Shown here in pieces: positions 1 to 8,150 of a DNA stretch of 64,000 nucleotides. Origin of the DNA: Verrucomicrobiaceae bacterium (GTDB lineage Bacteria > Verrucomicrobiota > Verrucomicrobiia > Verrucomicrobiales > Akkermansiaceae); NCBI GenBank assembly GCA_051252135.1, contig JBPOGH010000009.1:1-64000 (forward strand). Reading direction: 5' to 3'. A program made the translations under genes and the position numbers. The notes under the pieces are model-generated. The model was not told where the DNA came from and did no database searches. It saw only the letters and a list, made by a program, of their open reading frames with translations. Numbering within the stretch: the stretch's first letter is position 1; each line of letters begins with the position of its first letter.

Positions 1-89
1 GGGGGCTTGGTGGGGGGCTTGGTGGGGGGCTTGGTGGGGGGCTTGGTGGGGGGCTTGGTGGGGGGCTTGGTGGGGGGCTTGGTGGGGGG
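1..89. repeat. 12-bp tandem repeat (GGGGGGCTTGGT) x about 7, truncated by the window edge
   Basis: Perfect 12-nt period read directly from the sequence. Confidence 0.95.
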
Positions 90-420
90 AGATTTTTTTT
101 GGCGGGATGTTATTGAGGGAGGTGTGTGGGATTCTCGCGACCTTGCAGGTCGCTGATGGTCTGCGAGGTGGGTCCTATGGCTGAAGCCATCGGCTTTGTT
201 CTGTCGAGCTTTCAGCTCTTTTGGAGGGGGCGTTGGACTTTTAGGGTGGCGAGGGGGAGATTTTTTTTGGCGGGAAGTTATTGAGGGAGGTGTGTGGGAT
301 TCTCGCGACCTTGCGGGTCGCTGATGGTCTGCGAGGTGGGTTCTATGGCTGAAGCCATCGGCTTTGTTCTGTCGAGCTTTCCGGTTTTTTGGAGAGGGGT
401 GTTGGTCTCTTGGGGTGGGA
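85..420. repeat. Two tandem 168-bp imperfect direct repeats with REP-like palindromes
   Basis: Copies at 85-252 and 253-420; hairpins GCGACC-n5-GGTCGC, ATGGC-TGAA-GCCAT and (copy 1) GAGCT-TTC-AGCTC. Confidence 0.9.
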
Positions 421-683
421 TCCGGTGGGTGTGAGGTTTTGTTGTGGGGAGTTTATGGTTTTGGTGAGGAGGAGGAGGATTGAGATATTTTGTGGATGAA
501 TAGAATTGGAGTGGAGCGAAGGGGAGGTTATAGGGGGGTGATCGAAGTTTACCAGACGATCACGACATCCTTACTATTTGGTGAATTATGAACCGGATCG
601 GAAGAGGGTTTGATGTGATTGGTTGAAGTGAATGAAAAGCGAGGCCCCCTCAATAAAAGCAGGACAGAAAAATATAACAGACT

Positions 684-917
684 ATGAATGAGGAACGAAA
701 ATGCCCAAGTTGTGGGGGAAGCGAACTCCAGCCAGGGGCGGTGCAGTCGACAGGTCGTATTCACTTCCGACCTGCGAATACGAAATTTCGGGTGATGAGT
801 ACCAGCGATGTGTCGATTTCAGGGCATATGTGTATGGGGTGCGGTTCCATCTTGCTCGTTGGAGATCTTGAAAAGGCAACCAAGCTTCTGCCGGACAAGA
901 GTACGACGGAGGCTTGA
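684..917 (+). CDS. Small zinc-ribbon protein
   Basis: 77 aa with CPSCG near the N-terminus and CMGCG near the C-terminus. Confidence 0.75.
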   Translation: MNEERKCPSCGGSELQPGAVQSTGRIHFRPANTKFRVMSTSDVSISGHMCMGCGSILLVGDLEKATKLLPDKSTTEA

Positions 918-1216
918 TTGGCGGGCAGCAGGAGAGTTCCTCGAACAGGCCGGCGCGATCGGAGATATCATCGTCGCGGTGGCGTTGTTGCGGTGAGATG
1001 TGTCTGATTCGCAACGTTTGTTTCAGAAGATGAATCCATCGGTGTCACCGGAGGCGAGAAGGAGGTCGTCGATTCGTGGTTGAGAAAGTTCAACCATGGG
1101 TGGAACGGGGAGTTTGTGTGTTCGCTCGAGCTTGAGGGTATGGGTTGGGGGGAGGGCGGAAGGTGGGTGATGACAACTTGCGGGGTCGGGAGGAGGTCGT
1201 TACTGTGAGATGAGAA

Positions 1217-1702
1217 ATGCGACGGGTGGTGATTTTTGGGAACTCGGGTTCCGGCAAGACTTCGATGGCACGAAGACTCTCGAAGGAATCGGGATTGGCT
1301 CATCTTGATTTGGATGAAGTGGCGTGGAAAGGGGGCGATCCTCCTGTGAGGGAGTCGATTGAAACAAGTGTGGCAGCGATCGATGAATTCCGGGCGCGAA
1401 ACTCCGGCTGGATCATTGAGGGATGTTATTCCTCCCTCATTTCCCATGCCGCAAGGGATGCGACGGAGATGTATTTTTTGAACATTGGGATCGAGGCTTG
1501 TATCGAGAATTGCCGGGCGCGGCCGTGGGAGCCCGGGAAGTATTCATCGGCGGAAGCCCAGGATGCCAAGTTAGCGATGCTGATTGATTGGGTGAAACGC
1601 TATGAGGCCAGAGACGATGAGTTCTCGCTTCGGGACCACCGTGAGATTTTTGCGAAGTTTGAGGGCAAGAAACGGGAGATTTTATCGAACACTGAAGCTT
1701 AG
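1217..1702 (+). CDS. P-loop kinase, adenylate/shikimate kinase-like (FlaR/topology-modulation-like)
   Basis: Walker A GNSGSGKT, LDLD, WIIEGCY. Confidence 0.8.
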   Translation: MRRVVIFGNSGSGKTSMARRLSKESGLAHLDLDEVAWKGGDPPVRESIETSVAAIDEFRARNSGWIIEGCYSSLISHAARDATEMYFLNIGIEACIENCRARPWEPGKYSSAEAQDAKLAMLIDWVKRYEARDDEFSLRDHREIFAKFEGKKREILSNTEA

Positions 1703-2047
1703 AAGAAGCGCATCGAGAGAGAGCTGGTGACCAGGGGGGCCTCATTCCGGATGTTGGGCTAGAAGCGATCTTATCAACCCTGCACAGTGCTGTTTTTCAA
1801 AGGGGGGGGCGACTTCCCAGATAAGGTGCGGCTTCGCCGATGGGAGTGTTACTCCGCGTTTTTCTCCGTGTAGCAGCGTTATTCGTCAGTCACTGGTGTT
1901 GGCTCAGGATCGATGAAATTTGTGAGCCCCTGTTTCCTGGTCGACGACGTCGTGCGCACGATGGAATTATACAGGCACGTGTTCGATGCGGGGCGGAGGA
2001 ATGTTTATGGGCTTTTGGGATGGGGTGAGGGGGTGTAGGTTGAGGGG

Positions 2048-3289
2048 ATGAGGTGGATGTTGATGTGTTTGTGTTTGGTGAGCCCGGGTTGGGGGGAGTC
2101 GGGGGCGGTGCGGTTGTTTTGGGGGGATAAGGATTTGGGGCGGATTGAGTCGTCGGATTTGGATGGGGGGAACCGGGTGTTGGTGCACAGTGGGTTGGGT
2201 GATCCGCGTGGGGTGGCGGTGGATGCGGTTGCGGGGATGCTTTATTGGGCGGTGCGGCAGCCGGCGGGAGCGATTTACCGGTCGAATTGTGACGGGACGG
2301 GGACGGAGCTGGTGATTGGGGGGTTGTCCGACCCGGGGGACATTGAGTTGGATTTGGAGAACGGGCGGATTTATTGGACGGAGGAGAGTGCGAATAAGAT
2401 CATGTATGCTTCGCTGGATGGGACGGCGGTGGAGATGGTGTTGGGCGGGTTGAACCGGCCGTATTATTTGGCGGTGGACGGGGAGTTTGTGTATTGGTCG
2501 GACTTTGACAGTCCGGTGATTCATCGGGCGAACCTGGTGAATCCGGTGGCGACGAATTTTATTACGGGGTTGGGTCAGGTGCGGGATGTGGAGGTGGCGG
2601 ACGGGATGATTTATTGGTGTGACCGGGATACGAGTGATGTGAGGAGGCGGGCCCTGGATGGGGTGGGGACGGGGACGGTGTTGTTTTCGGGCGCGGGGTT
2701 TGACCGGCCGCATGGGTTGGCGCTGGATCCGGAGTCGGGGACGATGTTTTGGACGGATACGCGGACGGTGCGGATTGATTCGGGGGCGATGGATGGGAGT
2801 GGGGCTCCGTCGAATGTGGCGGTGACGACTCTGGCCGGGCCGTGGGCGTTGGCGATTGCGCGTCCGGTGCCGCTGAGTGATCCGTATGAGTCCTGGACGT
2901 GGGACAATTTTACGGGTGAGGAGCTTCTGCCGGAGAATGAGGCGAGTGTGTGGGGGGAGGCGGCGGATCCGGATGGTGACGGGCGGATCAATCTACTGGA
3001 GTATGCGCAGGGGACGGATCCGAAGGGGGCGGTGTTGCCGGGGAATTTGGTGGAGGTGGAGGTGGGGGAGACGGTGCGGGTGGTTGTGCGGATGAGGGCG
3101 GGTGATTCCTCGTTGCAGTTTTGGCTGGAGAGCAAGGAAGACTTGAATCCGGTGACGTGGAGCGCGGGTGGGTTTACGGAGGTGGGTGAGCGGGTGGCTG
3201 ATGCGAGTGATTCGGATTATGAATTTGTGACGATGGAGGTGGAGCAGTTTGCGGCGCGCTTGTTTGTGCGGTTGAGGGTGTCCCGGTAA
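2048..3289 (+). CDS. Secreted YWTD (LDL-receptor class B-like) beta-propeller protein with C-terminal DPDGDG-type domain
   Basis: Signal peptide; repeated LYWA/IYWTE/VYWSD/IYWCD/MFWTD blades; C-terminal ADPDGDGRINLLEYAQGTDP. Confidence 0.8.
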   Translation: MRWMLMCLCLVSPGWGESGAVRLFWGDKDLGRIESSDLDGGNRVLVHSGLGDPRGVAVDAVAGMLYWAVRQPAGAIYRSNCDGTGTELVIGGLSDPGDIELDLENGRIYWTEESANKIMYASLDGTAVEMVLGGLNRPYYLAVDGEFVYWSDFDSPVIHRANLVNPVATNFITGLGQVRDVEVADGMIYWCDRDTSDVRRRALDGVGTGTVLFSGAGFDRPHGLALDPESGTMFWTDTRTVRIDSGAMDGSGAPSNVAVTTLAGPWALAIARPVPLSDPYESWTWDNFTGEELLPENEASVWGEAADPDGDGRINLLEYAQGTDPKGAVLPGNLVEVEVGETVRVVVRMRAGDSSLQFWLESKEDLNPVTWSAGGFTEVGERVADASDSDYEFVTMEVEQFAARLFVRLRVSR

Positions 3290-3330
3290 AAAAGGAAACC
3301 CCTGAACGCGTGAGCGTTGCAGGGGTTACC
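3288..3330 (-). terminator. Intrinsic terminator between convergent genes
   Basis: Hairpin AACCCCTG-AACGC-gtga-GCGTT-g-CAGGGGTT with adjacent A-run (U-tract on minus). Confidence 0.6.
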
Positions 3331-3358
3331 AGGGTGATTGGTTTTAAAGTTGGCTGCC

Positions 3359-4084
3359 TTAGCGACGGCGGCGCAGGAGGAGTCCGGCAGCGGCGAGGGA
3401 AAGGAGAGCGGAGGAAGGCTCGGGCACTCCTTCGCTCCAAGTGATGTTATCGATGCCTCCGCTGGCGAGGAGGTCGATTCTGACAGCCTGGATATTTTGG
3501 AGGCCGAGTTGGCTGGCGGAGGTGTTGGCGAATTGGTTGGCGTAGTTATCGCCAGCCACGAAGCCTTTGGTTCCGGAGACCTCGAGGTATTCCTCGAAGG
3601 AGAGGGTGACCTGGCCGCGAGAGGAGTCGTAGAAGGTGATGCCAAACTGCTCGCCTTGTTGTGGGGCGTCGACGAGGGCGAAGCCGAAGGAGTTGACGTT
3701 GTTCGCGTTGAAACGAATGGAGAGTGAGCCACCGTCCGCGGAGTCGTTCGGGCGATCGACGATGCCGTCCTTTCCGCCGTCGAGGTCGTTGGCGAAGATG
3801 AGGATGTCGTTGAGTTGAGCGCCAACGAGGTTTCCTCCGATGATGGGGAGTTCGAGGTCGGGATCGGCGGTGCCGGTCTGGCGGGTGTCGAAGATGATTG
3901 CGGTATCGAGTCCGTTCTTGGATTCGAGAGCAAAGTTGAATCCGCCTCCGAGGAGGGAATCATATTCGTTTCCGGTGAGGATGGTTCCGTGATGGAAGCC
4001 GGAGTGACTGAAATCGGCAACGTACGATTGTGCGTTGGCGAAACCAATGAGCAGGCCGAAGGCCATTGGGGGCATTGTTTTCAT
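3359..4084 (-). CDS. PEP-CTERM sorting-domain protein
   Basis: Signal peptide from ATG 4084; C-terminal VPEPSSALLSLAAAGLLLRRRR. Confidence 0.9.
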   Translation of the reverse strand: MKTMPPMAFGLLIGFANAQSYVADFSHSGFHHGTILTGNEYDSLLGGGFNFALESKNGLDTAIIFDTRQTGTADPDLELPIIGGNLVGAQLNDILIFANDLDGGKDGIVDRPNDSADGGSLSIRFNANNVNSFGFALVDAPQQGEQFGITFYDSSRGQVTLSFEEYLEVSGTKGFVAGDNYANQFANTSASQLGLQNIQAVRIDLLASGGIDNITWSEGVPEPSSALLSLAAAGLLLRRRR

Positions 4085-4465
4085 GTTCGTAAGGCGCGGT
4101 GAACTGCGCGGGCCGACGATTGGCGATTTACGGGCCATGAAAAATGGCTTTCGGGAAAAGGTTCCCGCAGGAATTTCGTTAGAAAGGACCTTCTGAAATT
4201 TCGGAGTGCTAAGAATTATAACACGCTTATTATGAGGTTGTTGCGATTTTTAGGGAGATGCTTTGGAAGGGTAAAAAAAGCGGTGTAATTAATAGCCAGA
4301 AATCATTGGTAGTGTGCCGGGAATGTAGCAATGGGCAAGATTCCCGGTGGGGCGTCTTTGCTATTTAGGGGGCGTGAAATTACGCGAAAATGGACCTTCA
4401 ATTGGAGAAGGGTCCGTATTTTTGGCGACGATTCTCCCGGGGGCGGGAGAACTGCGAGAGAACTG

Positions 4466-4798
4466 TTAGACGAGTTGGCAGAGGACGAAGGGGGAGACGA
4501 CGAGGGCTTCGAACTGTTGTTCGGTGTCTTCCCATTGGTGGGCGTGGAGGGCTTCGATTTTGACGAGGTCTCCGGATTTGAGCCAAGTGTGGACGGTGTC
4601 TTTTTCGTCTGCCGAGATGGCGGCGGCGGCGGTCTCGAGCTTGATGGAGGGATCGAGGAAGTAGAGGACGCCGTTTTGGAAGTGGGGCTTGAGGTAGGAC
4701 CAGTCGACCTGGCCGCGGTACTTGGCGAGCTTTTCCTCGGTGGACCGGGTGTCCTCACCAAGCATTCCGTAACGCATTTGCTCTCCTTCGTTGCTCAT
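4466..4798 (-). CDS. DUF2288-family protein
   Basis: VDWSYLKPHF ... WLKSGDLVK ... FEALVVSPFVLCQ pattern; ATG at 4798. Confidence 0.7.
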   Translation of the reverse strand: MSNEGEQMRYGMLGEDTRSTEEKLAKYRGQVDWSYLKPHFQNGVLYFLDPSIKLETAAAAISADEKDTVHTWLKSGDLVKIEALHAHQWEDTEQQFEALVVSPFVLCQLV

Positions 4799-4844
4799 GA
4801 AAGGAGGTTGGGGAAAAATGGCGGGAGCGGCAAGAATGAGCTTA

Positions 4845-5064
4845 GAGGCCGTCTGAAAAATGCCCAACGAGTGTTTTGATTTTGGGGTGTTGTGAAAAGT
4901 GCAGCTTCGCTGGGGAGTCAGAGGGTGAACCCTGACGGGCTGCGAGTCCTTTCGCTTCAAGCGGCGTTGGTCCTCTGTCGTTGGTGTTTACCAACTTCAT
5001 CGTCCCGCCTTGCTTGAAGGGAAAATCCTTTGCAGCACTCATTCGGCATTTTTCAGACAGCCTC
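4845..5064. mobile_element. MITE (non-autonomous, about 220 bp)
   Basis: 29-bp terminal inverted repeats (26/29 match, GAGGCyGTCTGAAAAATGCC...) flanked on both sides by TTA; no transposase. Confidence 0.8.
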
Positions 5065-5328
5065 TTAGTCCTACTTAGTTGAATTGAATTAAAACCGCAG
5101 ATGAACAGGATGGAAGGGATGGCTTGGTTGGGGGGAGGGAAATTCTAAACAAATTCAAAATGAGAAATTGGAAACCTTGGTTTGGGGGGCCTCAACCGGA
5201 ACGGAGTGGAGCCGGAGTTAGGTGGAGATGGTCGAAGAGGATGATTTTTTACCACAGAATGAGCGGAAGGAGCAGAAGCAGGTCGACCGCAGGGCTTAGG
5301 AGGGCCGATGTGGATTTAAGACAGGCAC

Positions 5329-6330
5329 TTATTCTTTGCGGCGGCCTTTGCCGGGGCGGTGGTCGATGACGCCGTCGCCATCGCGGTCTTCCCCGAATTC
5401 GACGGGCATTTCGAAGTAGATGCCGGCGCGGCGTCCGGCGCGGACGTGATCCGAGTAGGTTTTCTTTTCGGTGGTTTTGATGAAGGTGTCGTTGGCCTTG
5501 AGCATGGCCTTGGCGATCTCGGAGCGGGAGGCGTCGAGGGGAAGTTGGGCGAGGACGGTTCCTTTTTGGCCGAAGGTGTGGGGGTTGATGAGGAGGATGC
5601 CTTGGGTGGATTTTTCGCCGTCGATGACTTGGGTCCAGTGGTCGGGGTTGGTTTCGAGGTCGAACTGGAAGCGGCCGATCATGAGGTCGGACCAGGCGGC
5701 GGCGGCGAGGTTTGCGGAGGCTTCCTTGTTTTCGCCGGCCTGGAGGACGAGGACGCGTTGGTCGGCGGAGGCGAGGTTGAGGGCGAGGCGGAAGGTGGGG
5801 AAGTCGGGGAGGGGTGGGGAGGACTTTTTGGGAGGGTATTTTTTGGCGATGGAGTTCAGTTCATCGGCGAGGCTGGTGCGGCGTCCGAAGACTTGTCCGG
5901 GTCCGCGACCGCTGCGGGTGAGGCGGGTTTTGCCATCGGGGGCGAGGATGCAGAAGGCGGTGTTCTCGAAGCGGCCGCCGAGGTAGGAGCGGACGATCTT
6001 TTGGTTTTCCTCGGAGCCGTAGGAGTCGATGCGGATGCAGACGAAGTGGCGGGTGGCGCGGATGATGTCCTTGTCGCTGAACTCACGGTTCTGCGTTTGG
6101 GTGTAGCCGGGTCAGAAGACGCCGGAGATGCCGCCGCATTGGGAGGCGACGGCCATGAAGAGGATGGGTTTGTTGGCGCGTTTGGCTTCGGCGAGGCCTT
6201 GTTCGAGTTGGGGATACCAGGCGATGCCGGGGTCGCCGAGGGGGAGGTCGGACTGGCCGAGGTCGGTGGGGCGGGGACCTTGTGCGGTGGCGGAGAGGGT
6301 GAGGGCGAGGAGGAGGGCGAGGGGTTTCAT
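5329..6330 (-). CDS. Secreted thioredoxin-like protein with in-frame TGA (candidate selenoprotein, 333 codons)
   Basis: ORFs 6112-6330 and 5329-5682 are in one frame whose only internal stop is TGA 6114-6112; reads ...WYPQLEQGLAEAKRANKPILFMAVASQCGGISGVF-(TGA)-PGYTQTQNREFSDKDIIRATRHFVCIRID... Confidence 0.7.
6075..6095 (-). promoter_or_regulatory. Candidate bacterial SECIS hairpin
   Basis: mRNA CGC-A-GAAC-[CGUGA]-GUUC-A-GCG starting 17 nt after the UGA; G at position 2 of the apical loop. Confidence 0.5.
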
Positions 6331-6375
6331 AGGAGAGGAAACCTCGGGGGTGGGGGGAAGTTGCGGATGAAGTGT

Positions 6376-6419
6376 GAGCTTTGAGAGCTTTGAGCTGCGG
6401 GCTTTGAGCTGCGAGCGAT
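6376..6419. repeat. Degenerate heptamer tandem repeat (GAGCTTT/GAGCTGC)
   Basis: About six 7-nt units; a similar short run occurs near 7352-7372. Confidence 0.6.
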
Positions 6420-6699
6420 GGGAATTTTATGGTGTAGATTACACTGTGGATGTCAGATACCGTAAGAGCGATCAAGCGATTGGAGGAAATAGTTCAAATC
6501 CTGCGTTTTTATTTTATCGAGGAGAACCCATCCTAGTAGGGCTTCTTAGCTTTGAAGGTTCACCCGCTAAGCCTCCCTTCACGCCTGCTCTTTTTGGTTC
6601 TGGTACCTTTTTGGGAAGCGAATCGATTTCAAGAGATTTAGATTTAGCTATTCACACTCTCGGCGGATCTGGAAAAATAAACTATATCACTTTAAAACC

Positions 6700-7335
6700 A
6701 TGAATGGTATCCCGAGTATCACCCTTATTGTCTTTTTGGCGTTGAGCGTCCGATCGGAAGGGGTGTTGGTCAGACTTGAGTTTGAGGGGGTGGTGGATGA
6801 GGTGATCCAAGGATCGGAAATTGGAGTCGGGGATCGTTTTCAGATGACGACCCTGTACGAAGTTCCTAGAGAATTATCGTTTTCGATGGAGACCTGGACC
6901 CATTATGCGAGATTTCCTGCGGAATCTCAGCTCCTTGTCGGGGGGCGTTCTTTTGTGATGCCGGGACTCACGGTGAATGCTGGAGAGGCTGTTGATGGGA
7001 GTAGTTCAGGTGTTGGGTGGTCGACTTCTACTTTGTTAGGGGATTTGGAGCCTTCGAATCTGGGGTGGGCGACTTTTTCAAAGCCGGGGATCTTTTTGAG
7101 CACCCGGGAGCAGTTACCGGAGAGTCTGGGAGATTGGGATCTTGTGGGGACTGATTTTGTCTTTCGGTTTTTGCATGAAGACTTTAGCGACGGAGGATAC
7201 TCGGTGTTGGAATTTACGAGTATGAGTTATTCAAATCTGTCGATTGCGGTTGTTCCGGAGCCGGGTGCGGTTCTGTTGAGTGGGACGGGATTGTCTTTTT
7301 TACTGAAGAGAAAGAGAGGGGTGGGGAAGGGTTGA
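6700..7335 (+). CDS. PEP-CTERM sorting-domain protein
   Basis: Signal peptide; C-terminal VPEPGAVLLSGTGLSFLLKRKR. Confidence 0.85.
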   Translation: MNGIPSITLIVFLALSVRSEGVLVRLEFEGVVDEVIQGSEIGVGDRFQMTTLYEVPRELSFSMETWTHYARFPAESQLLVGGRSFVMPGLTVNAGEAVDGSSSGVGWSTSTLLGDLEPSNLGWATFSKPGIFLSTREQLPESLGDWDLVGTDFVFRFLHEDFSDGGYSVLEFTSMSYSNLSIAVVPEPGAVLLSGTGLSFLLKRKRGVGKG

Positions 7336-7513
7336 GGGGGATGTTGGGGATGAGCGATGAGCTGCGGGCGATGGGGATTTGGGTGCCTGGTGGGATGGCG
7401 GGGCTGTTGGTGGATGGGAGGGAGTGTGGTGAGGGCTTCGTAATTTCTTCTTGCGGCCGGGTAGAGATGTCCGTATACCCTAATTATTTAGAAAACTTAA
7501 CTAAATGTTTGTG

Positions 7514-8098
7514 ATGAAAAAAGTCCTACCAATTCTTGCAGCTGTTTCGTTTGGGCCGGGTTTGGCCCACTCACAGATTATTCAATTCGACCTCATCGGG
7601 ACGGCGGGCGCGGGTTTGCTTTTCGGGAATGAACCATCAGTGGCATCGGGTGGTTCGGGGGGAGAAATTGGGGGCGGGATCACTTACGATAGTGCAACCA
7701 GCATTTTGGATTTGTCCAATGTCGGTTGGGGAAGTTCCCAGGGTTTTGATGATCTCACGAGCTCGGTTACAGGAGCGCACATGCACTTCACCTCCAATGC
7801 CAACGGGAACAATGGGTCGGCTGACTTTACGCAAACCGGGGGTGTCGTTTTTGGGCTGACAGCCAGCAGCACGGCGACGACGGGAGGGACGTTCAGTAAT
7901 TTGGTGGACTTGGACAATCTCCCTGATCCGGCGCAAAAGAAGGCCGATTTGCTGAATGGAAAATGGTATATCAATATCCACACCTCCAACAATGGGGGAG
8001 GGGAAATCCGTGGTTTTCTAGTGGCGGTTCCGGAGCCCAGCACTTCCCTTTTTGGAGCGCTGGCATTTGGGGCGTTGGCTTTGCGTCGCCGGCGTTAG
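7514..8098 (+). CDS. CHRD-domain PEP-CTERM protein
   Basis: GAHMH ... GKWYINIHT ... GGEIRG (CHRD); VPEPSTSLFGALAFGALALRRRR. Confidence 0.9.
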   Translation: MKKVLPILAAVSFGPGLAHSQIIQFDLIGTAGAGLLFGNEPSVASGGSGGEIGGGITYDSATSILDLSNVGWGSSQGFDDLTSSVTGAHMHFTSNANGNNGSADFTQTGGVVFGLTASSTATTGGTFSNLVDLDNLPDPAQKKADLLNGKWYINIHTSNNGGGEIRGFLVAVPEPSTSLFGALAFGALALRRRR

Positions 8099-8150
8099 AG
8101 GTTGTCGACGATTCCGTCTTCGGCATGGGAGGTGGTAATCGACAAAGGAA

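Noticed and set aside
85..420. CRISPR array
   Set aside because: Only two long near-identical units, no unique spacers and no cas genes.
4842..5042. 66-aa ORF, and the N-terminal extension of ORF 4466-4960
   Set aside because: Both lie within or run into the MITE; no protein features.
6112..6114. Genome-wide TGA reassignment to Trp or Gly
   Set aside because: TGA ends other genes here at their expected C-termini (e.g. 917, 11566, 12693, 55603), and Trp is encoded by TGG.
5359..6384. 341-aa plus-strand ORF and similar long antisense ORFs (e.g. 8265-9194, 20023-21045, 26092-27333, 39654-40685, 47763-49007, 58691-59950)
   Set aside because: Shadows of real genes on the opposite strand caused by codon bias; low-complexity translations without motifs.
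6374..6703. 109-aa plus-strand ORF
   Set aside because: Begins in heptamer repeats, crosses a likely promoter region and has no recognisable motif.
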